Origin: Parasynechococcus marenigrum WH 8102
GTDB taxonomy: Bacteria > Cyanobacteriota > Cyanobacteriia > PCC-6307 > Cyanobiaceae
DNA length: 32,000 nucleotides
Direction of reading: 5' to 3'
Assembly (NCBI RefSeq): GCF_000195975.1
Contig: NC_005070.1
Span: 2,220,001 to 2,252,000 of the forward strand
Part shown: piece by piece, positions 1 through 9,751 of the stretch
How positions within the stretch are numbered: the first letter of the stretch is position 1
How the letters are laid out: the number at the start of each line of letters is the position of its first letter
Made by a program: the position numbers and the translations under genes
The notes under the pieces: generated by a model
The model's database searches: none
Told to the model about the DNA's origin: nothing
What the model saw: only the letters and a program-made list of their open reading frames with translations

Positions 1-1166
1 CCGTCCTCCCCTTGCACCAGGCCAAAGGGAACGTGCTCGAGGCGCGCACCGTCCGGGATCCAGCCGGCCCGTTCGGCCACCTGGAATACCCCGGCAAAAT
101 GATTCGCCTGGCCGGCATCGGTGACATACACCACACGGCGGGCACCATCCCCATCCGGAGCTGCACCAAAGCGATAGCGGATGGCCGCCAGGTCGGTGGT
201 GGCGTAGTTGAAGCCGCCATCACTCTTCTGCACGATCACCGGCAGGGGCTTGCCGTCTTTGCCCTGAACACCTTCGAGGAACACACACTGGGCACCGTCG
301 TCAGTGACCAGCAGTTCAGCGGCCTTCAAGCCATCAATCACCGCGGGCAGGAAGGGGTTGTAGAACGACTCACCTCGCTCATTGAGGCGAATGTCGAGCC
401 GGTCGTAGATCTTCTGGAACTCACGCCGCGACTGATCGCAGAGCAGCCCCCAGGCCTTGAGCGACACCGGATCGCCCCCCTGCAGTTTCACCACCTCCTC
501 CCGGGAGGTGGATTGGAAGGCCTCATCGTCATCAAAGCGTTTCTTGGCTTCGCGGTAGAAGGCCACCAGATCGCCTAGATCCACTGCATCGGCGGTCTCG
601 AGCGCGTCCGGCGCCACCTGCTTGAGGTGGGTGATCAACATCCCGAACTGGGTGCCCCAGTCGCCCACGTGGTTAAGACGCAGCACCGTATGGCCGCGGA
701 ACTCCAGCACCCGCGCCAGCGAGTCACCAATGATCGTGGAGCGCAGATGCCCCACATGCATCTCCTTGGCGATGTTGGGGCTGGAGAAATCCACCACCAC
801 CGGAGCAGCCTGCTCCACTGCAGGCACACCGAGACGCTCGTCCCCCAGCCGCGCCGACACCTCCGCCGCCAGCCGCTCCGGCCGAATCGTGAGGTTGATG
901 AATCCAGGCCCGGCGATCTGCGGCTCCAGGCACAGGTCTGTGAAACCAGAATCGGCCTGCAGCTGCTCCACAATCGCGGTGGCGATCTGCCGGGGGGCCT
1001 GCTTCAAGGGCTTGGCCAGGGGCAGCGCACCGTTGGCCTGGAAGTCACCGAATTCCGGCTTGCTGGCGGGAGCCAGCTGGGGGTCCAGCACCGCATCGGC
1101 CACCGGGAAGGCCCGTTGCATCGCCGCCCGCAGCTGGGCATCCAGGGTGTTGGACAGGCTGAGCAT
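1..1166 (-). CDS. argS: arginyl-tRNA synthetase, N-terminal ~388 codons (3' end lies beyond the left edge)
   Basis: The minus frame is open from the ATG (complement of 1164-1166) to base 1. It is missing from the ORF track because it has no stop in the window. My translation reads [21 protein letters not shown]...[34 protein letters not shown]...[19 protein letters not shown], which has the class-I HIGH-type motif (HVGH) and an ArgS-like N-terminus. The + ORFs at 12-578 and 622-1722 are antisense to it. Confidence 0.9.
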   Translation of the reverse strand, partial: MLSLSNTLDAQLRAAMQRAFPVADAVLDPQLAPASKPEFGDFQANGALPLAKPLKQAPRQIATAIVEQLQADSGFTDLCLEPQIAGPGFINLTIRPERLAAEVSARLGDERLGVPAVEQAAPVVVDFSSPNIAKEMHVGHLRSTIIGDSLARVLEFRGHTVLRLNHVGDWGTQFGMLITHLKQVAPDALETADAVDLGDLVAFYREAKKRFDDDEAFQSTSREEVVKLQGGDPVSLKAWGLLCDQSRREFQKIYDRLDIRLNERGESFYNPFLPAVIDGLKAAELLVTDDGAQCVFLEGVQGKDGKPLPVIVQKSDGGFNYATTDLAAIRYRFGAAPDGDGARRVVYVTDAGQANHFAGVFQVAERAGWIPDGARLEHVPFGLVQGED

Positions 1167-1200
1167 CAGGGCCGGAACATCCGGCACCGATCATCTCTCC

Positions 1201-2049
1201 TCAGGTGAAACGCATGCTCAGATCCAGCCAGCGGCTGCGGGTCACCGGCGCGCTGGTGGAGATCAGATCAATGCCGGTGGCGGCGTAGGCCTGCAACTGC
1301 TCGGGCTGAATGCCGGAGGCCTCCAGCACCACCACACCGGTGCTGGAGGCCCGCAGGCGCGGCACCAGCTGCGTGAGCTGCTTAGGGCTGAATTCATCCA
1401 GCAGCACCCCATTGGCGCCCGCCCGCACCGCCTCCAGCGCCTGAGCCTCCGTCTCCGCTTCCACAATCACGGCCGTAGGCCAGGGGGCCTGCTCACGCAC
1501 TGCGGCGATGGCCATCGTGATGCCCCCCGCCCAGGCGATGTGGTTCTCCTTCAGCATTGCCGCATCATCGAGACCCATGCGGTGGTTGATGCCACCACCG
1601 CAGCGCACCGCATATTTCTCCAGCAAGCGAAGCCCCGGTGTCGTCTTGCGGGTGTCGGCCAGACGCACACCCGTGCCCTGGAGCTGAGCCACCAATTCAG
1701 CGGTGGCGGTGGCGATGCCTGACAGCCGCATGGCCAGGTTCAAGGCGGTGCGCTCGCCAGCCACCAGGGCCGTGGCCGGGCCTTCCAGGTCGAGCAGGCG
1801 ATCACCCACCTCCACCGCGGCACCGTCATCCCGGAGCAAGTGAACGCTCACTTCAGGATCAAGCCGTTGGAACAGCTGTTGCACCAAGGGGCCCCCACAG
1901 AAACAGCCAGGCTGCTTCGCGATCCAATGGGCATAGCCGTGCTTGCGCTGCAGAGCTGAAGCGGTGAGATCGCCGCGACCGATGTCTTCCTCCAGCCATC
2001 GATCGAGGGCGCGGGTGAGTGCCGAGGACTGCCAATCCATTCCGCTCAT
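1201..2049 (-). CDS. nadC: nicotinate-nucleotide pyrophosphorylase (quinolinate phosphoribosyltransferase)
   Basis: ORF 1201-2115. The sequence ...LDRWLEEDIGRGDLT...ERTALNL...ADTRKTTPGLR...KYAVRCGGG.NHR.GL.D..MLKENH... is typical NadC. I trimmed the start to the internal ATG (MSGMDWQ..., residue 23 of the ORF) just before the conserved region. Confidence 0.9.
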   Translation of the reverse strand: MSGMDWQSSALTRALDRWLEEDIGRGDLTASALQRKHGYAHWIAKQPGCFCGGPLVQQLFQRLDPEVSVHLLRDDGAAVEVGDRLLDLEGPATALVAGERTALNLAMRLSGIATATAELVAQLQGTGVRLADTRKTTPGLRLLEKYAVRCGGGINHRMGLDDAAMLKENHIAWAGGITMAIAAVREQAPWPTAVIVEAETEAQALEAVRAGANGVLLDEFSPKQLTQLVPRLRASSTGVVVLEASGIQPEQLQAYAATGIDLISTSAPVTRSRWLDLSMRFT

Positions 2050-2105
2050 TGCGGTTGAGCGGACTGTATGGGAAAGGCCAGGCTGATCACGATGCGGCGA
2101 ACTGC

Positions 2106-3689
2106 TTGTCGACACAACACCAAATAAGGCTCAGGATCCAGACCGGTGATCTCGACGGTCTACTTGGGCTGGGCCTGAACAACCTGATTCAAGTCCTGCT
2201 GATCATCAGCCTGTGCCGCGGCGTGCTCGGCTTCCCCGACAGGCTGCTCTTCGGAACAATCCTGCCGGCAACGGGGATCAGCCTGCTGCTGGGAAATCTG
2301 ATCTATGCCCAGCAGGCCCGGAGGCTGGGCCAAGAGGAGCAAAGGGGCGACTGCACAGCGCTTCCCTACGGGGTCAACACGGTGAGCCTGTTCGCCTTTG
2401 TGTTTCTGGTGATGCTCCCGGCCAAGTTGGCTGCTCTCGATGCAGGACTGAGCGAGGCCGAGGCCGTGCAGCGCTCCTGGCAGGTGGGATTGATGGCTTG
2501 CCTCGGGTCCGGCGTCATCGAAACCCTCGGTGCCTTTGTTGCCCAGCACTTACGGCGCTGGTTACCTCGGGCTGCGCTGCTCTCCACCCTGGCGGGCATC
2601 GCGCTGGGCTACATCGCTCTGGGATTTCTGCTGCGCACCTACGCCCATCCCCTGGTTTGCCTCACCAGCCTGAGTGTGATCCTGCTGGGCTATCTCGCCA
2701 GGGTGCGCTGGCCACTGCCGACGGGACTGCTGGCCTTGCTGCTGGGCATGGTTCTGGCCTGGGGGAGCGGACTGATCACTCCCGATGCTGCGAGCTGGAC
2801 GCAGGCTGCTCGTGTTGTTGGCGTTCACCTGCCCAGTCTCCAGCTGTCTGCGCTCTGGCAAAGCCGCTTTGATCTGATCCCCTGGCTGGGGGTGATCGTG
2901 CCGATGGGGCTGTTCAACCTGATCGGCTCACTGCAAAACCTGGAGAGTGCGGCAGCAGCCGGCGACGCCTACCCGACACGAGGCAGCCTGCTGGTGGATG
3001 GCTGCGGCACCCTCACAGCTGCGGCCCTGGGCTCCTGTTTTCCGACAACCCTCTACATCGGGCATCCGGGCTTCAAAGCCCTGGGGGCACGCTCGGCCTA
3101 CTCCTGGATGAACGGGGTAGTGATGGCCGTCGGCTGCTTGTTCGGCCTTTTCGGGGTGGTGACTGTGCTGATCCCAGTGGAAGCGGGGCTTGCGATCCTG
3201 CTGTATATCGGCCTGGCCATGGCCTCGCAAGCCTTCGCCTCAACACCTGAGCGCCATGGTCCGGCCGTGGTGCTCGGGATGCTTCCCGGTTTGGCGGGCT
3301 GGGGCGCACTGATGCTCAAAGCTGGCATCCGAGCCGGAGGAGCAGCGGGTGATCCCCAGCTGTTCGGGCCGCAGCTGCTGACGCAACTGGCCACGGCCGA
3401 CATCTGGGCCGCTGGCGTTTTCGCGCTGGAGCAGGGGCAGATCATCACGGCCATGCTGCTTTCGGCCTGGCTTGTCTATGCGATTGAAGGTCGCTTTCTG
3501 GCCGCCGCCTGTTGCTCCGCCATGGCCGCGCTACTGGCCTGGTTCGGCGTCATCCATGCCTGGCAGTTCAGTCCGGGGGACACGGTGATGCATTTGGGCT
3601 GGGGCACCGGCCAAGCCTGGGCGGAAGGCTACGCCGCCATCACCGTGATTGTGTTGTTGGCGCGATGGCGCCAGCAAACTCACCATTGA
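2106..3689 (+). CDS. polytopic membrane permease, NCS2/AzgA-like (xanthine/uracil/vitamin C permease family)
   Basis: ORF 2019-3689 is hydrophobic throughout. The segments DLDGLLGLGLNNLIQ and ALPYGVNTVSLFAFVFLVMLP resemble COG2252-type permeases. The first in-frame ATG is more than 120 codons in. The GTG at 2019 would overlap the divergent nadC 5' end, so I chose the TTG at 2106. The start is uncertain. Confidence 0.75.
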   Translation: MSTQHQIRLRIQTGDLDGLLGLGLNNLIQVLLIISLCRGVLGFPDRLLFGTILPATGISLLLGNLIYAQQARRLGQEEQRGDCTALPYGVNTVSLFAFVFLVMLPAKLAALDAGLSEAEAVQRSWQVGLMACLGSGVIETLGAFVAQHLRRWLPRAALLSTLAGIALGYIALGFLLRTYAHPLVCLTSLSVILLGYLARVRWPLPTGLLALLLGMVLAWGSGLITPDAASWTQAARVVGVHLPSLQLSALWQSRFDLIPWLGVIVPMGLFNLIGSLQNLESAAAAGDAYPTRGSLLVDGCGTLTAAALGSCFPTTLYIGHPGFKALGARSAYSWMNGVVMAVGCLFGLFGVVTVLIPVEAGLAILLYIGLAMASQAFASTPERHGPAVVLGMLPGLAGWGALMLKAGIRAGGAAGDPQLFGPQLLTQLATADIWAAGVFALEQGQIITAMLLSAWLVYAIEGRFLAAACCSAMAALLAWFGVIHAWQFSPGDTVMHLGWGTGQAWAEGYAAITVIVLLARWRQQTHH

Positions 3690-3707
3690 TCGCATCCTCG
3701 TGGCCGG

Positions 3708-5033
3708 TCATTTGCCAATGCAGAAGCGGGAAAACACGCGATCAAGCACCGCTTCAGTGAGCTCCTCGCCGGTGATCTCACCCAGAGCCCGGATCGCCTC
3801 GCGTAGGTCGATCGTCCAGAAGTCCCAGGGCAATTGCTGGGCCGCCACCTCCTGACTGCGGCCAAGAGCAGCGGCGGCAGTAGCGGCCAGATCCCTTTGG
3901 CGCTCGTTCAGCGCTAGTAGCACCCCTTCAGTACCAGCAGCCCCACAACGCTCCAGCAGAGCCTGCACCAGGTCTTCTTCACCCGTGCCCTCCAACGCCG
4001 ACAGCTGCACATCCACTGGCTGGGGCAAGGCCCCCGCGGGAAGATCCGCCTTGTTGGCGACAAGGATCCTGGGGATGTGCTCCGGGATGCGCGCCAGCAA
4101 AGCAGCGTCTTCGGCGGTCCAGCCCGCATGACCATCGAGCACTAACAGCACTACATCCGCCGTGGCCAGAGCCTCTTCGCTGCGGGCAATTCCCAGCTGT
4201 TCCACCGCATCGTCGGTGCTTCGAATGCCGGCGGTATCGAGCAGTGTGATCGGCACCCCCTCCAACACGATCTCGCTCTCCAGCAGATCGCGGGTGGTAC
4301 CCGGCAGCTCAGTCACAATCGCCCGCTCCCGCCGGCTGAGCCGATTCAACAGCGAGCTCTTGCCCACGTTGGGGCGGCCCACCAACGCCACCCGAAGGCC
4401 GCTGCGCAGAGCATCCGCGCGCTCTCCATCCGCCACCAGGGTGAGTAGCGCCTGGCGCACCTGCTGCAAGCCATCCAGCAAGGCATCGCCATCCAACGGC
4501 GGCAGATCCTCCTCGAAATCCACCCGCGCCTCCAGCTCGGTGAGCTGATCCAGCAGCCGCTCCCGCAGGGCCGTGATCTTGGCCTGGATCCCGCCATCGA
4601 GGCCGGCCATTGCCAACTCGGCGGCCCGCCGACTGCGGGCCGCCACCAATTCACTCACTGCCTCCGCGCGGGTGAGATCGAGCCGACCATTGAGCACGGC
4701 CCTTTGGCTGAATTCCCCCGGCAACGCCCGCCGCACCCCCGGATGCGCCAGCACCCGTTCCAGCACCTGCTGCACCGCGACCACCCCGCCATGGCAGTGG
4801 ATCTCCACCACGTCCTCACCCGTAAAACTGCGAGGTCCACGCATTAGCAGCAGCAGCACCTCATCGAGACGCCGTCCCTCGCCATCGATCACATGGCCAT
4901 ACATCACCCGGTGCGATCCACAGACCTGACGACCTGGGCAGTGGACAACGCTGCGCCCAGTCGCTTCTGCGGCAGGGCCAGAGACACGCACCACAGCGAT
5001 TCCCCCCTGGCCTGGCGCCACAGCTGTCGCCAC
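3708..5033 (-). CDS. mnmE: tRNA modification GTPase MnmE (TrmE)
   Basis: N-terminus ATAVAPGQGGIAVVRVSG, SFTGEDVVEIHCHGG, G-domain GRPNVGKSSLLN and DTAG, and the C-terminal FCIGK motif. The listed start is a GTG. Conserved residues continue upstream of it (see finding). Confidence 0.93.
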   Translation of the reverse strand: MATAVAPGQGGIAVVRVSGPAAEATGRSVVHCPGRQVCGSHRVMYGHVIDGEGRRLDEVLLLLMRGPRSFTGEDVVEIHCHGGVVAVQQVLERVLAHPGVRRALPGEFSQRAVLNGRLDLTRAEAVSELVAARSRRAAELAMAGLDGGIQAKITALRERLLDQLTELEARVDFEEDLPPLDGDALLDGLQQVRQALLTLVADGERADALRSGLRVALVGRPNVGKSSLLNRLSRRERAIVTELPGTTRDLLESEIVLEGVPITLLDTAGIRSTDDAVEQLGIARSEEALATADVVLLVLDGHAGWTAEDAALLARIPEHIPRILVANKADLPAGALPQPVDVQLSALEGTGEEDLVQALLERCGAAGTEGVLLALNERQRDLAATAAAALGRSQEVAAQQLPWDFWTIDLREAIRALGEITGEELTEAVLDRVFSRFCIGK

Positions 5034-5123
5034 GGCAGCAATGGTGTCTGAGGCGTTCAGGGCAACGGCTGCGTTTCAGTTCCCATAACTAGGATCCCGG
5101 TCCCTGAACACACACCCGGGTCC

Positions 5124-5576
5124 ATGCAACGGTTGCTGCAAACCAACCGTGAACGACTGCGCCGCGGCCTGCAATGGCTGTGGGAGCAAGAGGGCACACC
5201 GGGGCAACGGGCCCGGGGGCTAGCGGCTGGAGTGTTCTGCGGCTGCTTCCCGTTTTTCGGCCTGCAGATCGTGCTGAGCATTGGGGTAGCGAGCCTGACC
5301 CGCGGCAACCATCTCCTGGCGGCAGCGGGAACACTGGTGAGCAACCCGATCACCTATGTGCCGCTGTACTGGTTCAACTTCGTGGTGGGCAGCCGGCTGC
5401 TCGGACCTCTTGCCGGAACCGACTTGGATGATGTGAACCGCAGCAACCTCTGGGACCAAGGCTGGGACGTCCTGCAGCGGCTTCTGCTGGGATCCACATT
5501 GGTGGGAGGGCTGATGGCTTTACTGCTCGGGCTGCTGGCCTACCTGCTCTTCCAACGCCGCCCGAGCATCAGCTGA
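5124..5576 (+). CDS. DUF2062-family membrane protein
   Basis: ATG start. The segment GLAAGVFCGCFPFFGLQIVLSIGVASLTRGNHLLAAAGTLVSNPITYVPLYWFNFVVG matches my recollection of DUF2062, and there is a C-terminal TM helix. Its 3' end overlaps the convergent spoT stop by 8 nt. Confidence 0.75.
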   Translation: MQRLLQTNRERLRRGLQWLWEQEGTPGQRARGLAAGVFCGCFPFFGLQIVLSIGVASLTRGNHLLAAAGTLVSNPITYVPLYWFNFVVGSRLLGPLAGTDLDDVNRSNLWDQGWDVLQRLLLGSTLVGGLMALLLGLLAYLLFQRRPSIS

Positions 5577-7899
5577 CCCCTGTTCTGGCGATGCCAATCA
5601 CATCTGCCATGGAACGGATTTGATCCATGGTGCGGTTGAGCTGATCCGAACCTCTCAGTTCCACCCGCAGGTCGATCCTCGCCGGTCGTCCCACAGCCGT
5701 TTTCACCTGTGCGTCACTGACGTTGATGGCCCCATCGGACAGGCGCATCAGGATGTCCTTGAGAATGCCCACACGGTCGATCACCTCGATCCGCAACTGC
5801 ACCGGAAACCGTTGTAGGGGCTGTGCACCATGGACGTTCCACCGCACCGGCAAGCGCCGATCCTTGGGAATCGACTCAACATTGGCGCACTCCTGGCGGT
5901 GGATGGTAATGCCATGGTTGCCGAGTGCCACCGTGCCAACAATTGCTTCACCCGGTAGAGGGCTGCAACAGCCCCCCAGGCGGTAGTCCAATCCTTCGAG
6001 GCCAAGAATCGCGTCTTCGCTGTGGCGTTGATCTGAACCTGGCTCCTTTGAGGGAACAAGGGCCCTGGCCACCTCCTCGTTGCTGGGGGGAGCGCTGTCC
6101 TGCTCGGCGATCAAACGGATCTCCTCGCGGAAGCGATTGAGCACCTGTTGCAGGGTCACGGCACCGAAGCCGAGCGAGGCCAGCAGGTCATCGGTGGATC
6201 CGACGTTGCAGCGCTGCGCCACCCGGGTCATCGCCTCACCCTTCAACAGGGCTTCGAAGCCATCCCGTCCCAGTTCACGCTCAAGCAGATCTTTGCCCCG
6301 CTCGATCGTCTCGTCCCGGTGGCTGCGCTTGTACCACTGACGGATGCGGTTCCGGGCCGTGGGGGTGGCGACGAAATTGAGCCAATCCAAGCTCGGATGG
6401 GCTGTGTTGCTGGTGAGGATCTGAACAAAGTCACCGTTATGCAGCGCCGTGGTCAGCGGACAGAGCCGGTCATTGATGCGGGCACCGTGGCAGTGGTTCC
6501 CCACCTCGGAATGGATCCGGTAGGCGAAGTCCACCGGGGTCGCCCCTTTGCGCAGCCCCACCACGTCGCCCTTCGGCGTGAACACAAACACCTCTTCGTC
6601 GAAGAGGTCCTCTTTGATTGATGAGAGGTAGTCGTTGTGGTCGTCGTTGCCACCCTCCTGTTGCCAATCCACCAGTTGCCGCAGCCAGTTGAAGCGTTCC
6701 GCCTCGCTGCTGCTGCTGGCAGGTGAACCACCCTCCTTGTATTTCCAGTGGGCGGCGATGCCGAATTCCGCGACACGGTGCATCTCAATGGTGCGGATCT
6801 GCACCTCGATCGGACGGTGACGTCCGATCACTGCCGTATGCAGCGACTGGTAGCCATTGGGCTTGGGCAGACCGATGTAGTCCTTGAAACGACCGGGAAT
6901 CGGACGGAAGGTGTCATGCACCACGGCCAGGGCCCGGTAACAGGCCTCGACACTCGGCGTGATGATCCGCAGCGCGGCCACGTCATAAATCTCGTGGAAC
7001 GCCTTCTGCTGGCGCTGCATCTTGCTCCAGATGCCGAACAGGTGCTTCGGACGGCCGCTGACTTCACAACCCTCAAGGCCGGCCTGAGCCAAGCGATCGT
7101 TGAGCAGTGCGACGGTGACCCCCAGCCGCTCCTCACGCTCACTGCGCTTGCTGGCCACCTCCTGCTGGATCTCCCGGAACGCCTCCGGCTCCAGCAACTT
7201 GAACGCCAGGTCCTCCAGTTCCCACTTGAAGCGACCGATGCCCAGCCGATTGGCCAAGGGGGCATAGATCTCCTTGGTCTCCCGGGCAATGCGCTGGCGC
7301 TTCTCCTCCTTGAGCGCCCCGAGGGTCCGCATGTTGTGGAGCCGATCCGCCAGCTTCACCAGCACCACGCGGATGTCACTGGCCATCGCCAAGAACATTC
7401 GCCGCAGGTTCTCTGCCTGGGCCTCGGTGCGGTTGTTGAAGTGAATGCCACCCAGCTTGGTGACTCCCTCCACCAGCTCGCGCACTTCAGAGCCGAAATG
7501 CAGTTCGATCTGGTCAGGGGTGACGTCGGTGTCTTCCACCACGTCATGCAGGAATCCGGCGGCGATCACGCTGGCGCTGGCGCCGATGTCCCTCAGCAGA
7601 TCGGCAACGGCAACGGGATGAACGATGCAAGGGTCACCGCTGGCCCGGAATTGGCCCTCGTGCAGCTGAAAACCGAAATCGAAGGCCGCCACCAGCAGCG
7701 CTTCAGGATCGGTCGGACAGCTCTGCCCCAGGCCCGGTGGGACGTTGAGGATGCATTGCCGGAGCCACTCCGGCAGAAGAATGTTGTATTCGTCCGGGTG
7801 GCGGACCGGATGACGCCTCAGCTCCGGACGTCCGCACACAACAGGAGCCGGAGCACTGTCGGTCCGGGAGGAGTCCTGTGGTGAGGAAGCGTCGAGCAT
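5569..7899 (-). CDS. spoT: bifunctional (p)ppGpp synthetase/hydrolase, RelA/SpoT homologue
   Basis: HD hydrolase domain (HPVAVADLL, FLHDVVEDT), synthetase domain (YQSLHTAV, IEVQIRT..MH..AE.G.AAHW.YK), a TGS domain (VFTPKGDV..L..GATPVDFAY.IH) and a C-terminal ACT-like region. I trimmed the start to the internal ATG MLDASSP (ORF residue 21) so it does not overlap the divergent ABC gene. Confidence 0.93.
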   Translation of the reverse strand: MLDASSPQDSSRTDSAPAPVVCGRPELRRHPVRHPDEYNILLPEWLRQCILNVPPGLGQSCPTDPEALLVAAFDFGFQLHEGQFRASGDPCIVHPVAVADLLRDIGASASVIAAGFLHDVVEDTDVTPDQIELHFGSEVRELVEGVTKLGGIHFNNRTEAQAENLRRMFLAMASDIRVVLVKLADRLHNMRTLGALKEEKRQRIARETKEIYAPLANRLGIGRFKWELEDLAFKLLEPEAFREIQQEVASKRSEREERLGVTVALLNDRLAQAGLEGCEVSGRPKHLFGIWSKMQRQQKAFHEIYDVAALRIITPSVEACYRALAVVHDTFRPIPGRFKDYIGLPKPNGYQSLHTAVIGRHRPIEVQIRTIEMHRVAEFGIAAHWKYKEGGSPASSSSEAERFNWLRQLVDWQQEGGNDDHNDYLSSIKEDLFDEEVFVFTPKGDVVGLRKGATPVDFAYRIHSEVGNHCHGARINDRLCPLTTALHNGDFVQILTSNTAHPSLDWLNFVATPTARNRIRQWYKRSHRDETIERGKDLLERELGRDGFEALLKGEAMTRVAQRCNVGSTDDLLASLGFGAVTLQQVLNRFREEIRLIAEQDSAPPSNEEVARALVPSKEPGSDQRHSEDAILGLEGLDYRLGGCCSPLPGEAIVGTVALGNHGITIHRQECANVESIPKDRRLPVRWNVHGAQPLQRFPVQLRIEVIDRVGILKDILMRLSDGAINVSDAQVKTAVGRPARIDLRVELRGSDQLNRTMDQIRSMADVIGIARTGVS

Positions 7900-7952
7900 C
7901 CGACCCGGCGGTTCAATCCATGGTATGCAGTGCTCGCCCCCCCGGCTTCTCC

Positions 7953-9545
7953 ATGTCACGGCCTGTTCTGGAGCTCGAACAGCTGCGGCTGCGCTACCCG
8001 GGCAGTGATCGCTGGACCCTCAATGGTCTGGACCTAACCCTGACGTCCGGAGAAACCATGGCCCTGGTGGGTGCCTCAGGCTGCGGCAAAAGCACTGTGG
8101 CCCGTGCCGTGATGCAGCTGTTGCCCCCAGGGACCCAATGCGAGGGGACGCTGCGATTGACGGGCATCGATCCGCGACTACTGGATCGTCCCTCTCTGCG
8201 TCGGCTTCGCGGACAGGCCGCTGGCCTCGTGTTTCAGGACCCGATGACCCGGCTGAATCCGTTGATGACCGTCGGCAGTCATCTGCTGGACACCCTGAAA
8301 GCCCATCGACCGGACAGCAGCGACAGCTGGCGGCAGCAACGCCGCGATGAGCTGCTGGAGCGCGTGGGCATTGGCGCCCGGCGTCGACGCGCCTTTCCCC
8401 ACGAGCTGAGCGGTGGCATGCGCCAGCGTCTGGCCATCGCCCTCGCCATTGCCCTGGAGCCGCCTCTGCTCATCGCCGATGAGCCCACCACCAGCCTGGA
8501 TGTCGCCGTTGCTGGGCAGGTGATGGCCGAACTGAGCGGTCTCTGCGCAGAGATGGGCAGTGCCCTGCTGTTAATCAGCCACGATCTCGCCATGGCTGCA
8601 CGCTGGTGCGAGCGCATGGCGATGCTCGATGGTGGCCGGAAGGTGGAGGACGGCCCCAGCCAACAGCTGCTGACCCAGCCTCGTTCCGAGGTGGGCAAAC
8701 GGTTGGTGGCCTCAGCCCGGGCCCGGGAAGGGGGGCAGACGCCCTCCAGGCCCGACGCCGACACCGTGCTGAGCGTGGACGAGATGCGCTGCTGGCACAC
8801 TGTTGGCGGCACTCCCTGGTCCCCCGTCTGGCTCAAAGCAGTGGATGGCATCAGCCTGACGCTGCGCGCCGGGGAAAGCCTTGGGGTCGTTGGAGCTTCA
8901 GGTTGTGGCAAGAGCACCCTTTGCAGGGCGTTGATGGGGCTCAACAGCATCCGCGGTGGCCGTGTGGAGCTGTTGGGCCAGAACCTGCTCAGCCTGAAGG
9001 GTGAGCCCCTGCGACAGGCACGCCGAGCCCTGCAGATGGTGTTTCAGGACCCTCTGGCCTGCCTCAATCCGGCCCTCAGCGTGGCGGATGCCATTGCCGA
9101 TCCTTTGCTAATCCATGGCCTGTGCAGCAAAGCTTCCGCCCGCCAGAGGGCCAGGGAATTGATGGAGCGGGTTGGCCTCAATCCGGCTGAGCAGTTTCAG
9201 GATCGTCTTCCCCGCCAGCTCTCCGGCGGCCAACAGCAGCGAGTGGCCATCGCCAGAGCCCTGGCCCTGCAGCCGAAGGTGCTGATCTGCGATGAAAGCG
9301 TCAGCATGCTCGATGCCGAGGTTCAGGCCGAGGTGCTCGCGCTGCTGAGGGAACTGCAGCAGGAGCTGGGACTGGCAATGATCTTCGTCACCCACGATCT
9401 TTCGGTGGCCAGCGGCTTCTGCCACCGCGTGATCGTGCTGGACAAGGGCCAGATCGTGGAGGAAGGGCCAGGCGAGCGAATCTTCCGAGCCCCTCAGGCT
9501 GTGATCAGCCGCACGCTGGTGGATGCCTGTCCGCGGCTGCCATGA
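7953..9545 (+). CDS. ABC transporter ATP-binding protein with duplicated ATPase domains (peptide/nickel Opp/Dpp-type, GsiA-like)
   Basis: It has two full cassettes. Walker A appears as GASGCGKST twice, the signature as LSGGMRQR and LSGGQQQR, Walker B as LLIADEPTT and VLICDES, and there are two FQDP motifs. I trimmed the start to the [14 protein letters not shown] (ORF residue 26). Confidence 0.9.
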   Translation: MSRPVLELEQLRLRYPGSDRWTLNGLDLTLTSGETMALVGASGCGKSTVARAVMQLLPPGTQCEGTLRLTGIDPRLLDRPSLRRLRGQAAGLVFQDPMTRLNPLMTVGSHLLDTLKAHRPDSSDSWRQQRRDELLERVGIGARRRRAFPHELSGGMRQRLAIALAIALEPPLLIADEPTTSLDVAVAGQVMAELSGLCAEMGSALLLISHDLAMAARWCERMAMLDGGRKVEDGPSQQLLTQPRSEVGKRLVASARAREGGQTPSRPDADTVLSVDEMRCWHTVGGTPWSPVWLKAVDGISLTLRAGESLGVVGASGCGKSTLCRALMGLNSIRGGRVELLGQNLLSLKGEPLRQARRALQMVFQDPLACLNPALSVADAIADPLLIHGLCSKASARQRARELMERVGLNPAEQFQDRLPRQLSGGQQQRVAIARALALQPKVLICDESVSMLDAEVQAEVLALLRELQQELGLAMIFVTHDLSVASGFCHRVIVLDKGQIVEEGPGERIFRAPQAVISRTLVDACPRLP

Positions 9546-9751
9546 ACCCGCGTGAAACAGGGGTGGACCCTGGAAAAGCCAGCACCTTCGGCTGATCCAC
9601 CACGATCAGATGACGTCTGATGCGGAGTGGCATCAGCTGATTGCGCAGCGACCGCAACAGAGCAGACACCCACATCCGGCGGCAACGCAAAAGGATGACC
9701 ACAGTCGATCTGTCAGGGAGTTGATCTATGGAAGGGAGTTCCAGACATTTG

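Noticed and set aside
12-1722. Plus-strand ORFs 12-578 (188 aa), 622-1722 (366 aa) and 627-1208 (193 aa)
   Set aside because: They are antisense to the clearly homologous argS and nadC reading frames. Their Arg/Gly/Pro/Ala-rich, low-complexity translations are typical of high-GC antisense ORFs, and I see no recognisable motifs.
6748-7884. 378-aa plus-strand ORF inside spoT
   Set aside because: It is antisense to a fully conserved RelA/SpoT gene. The translation has no motifs and is an artefact of stop-poor, GC-rich antisense frames.
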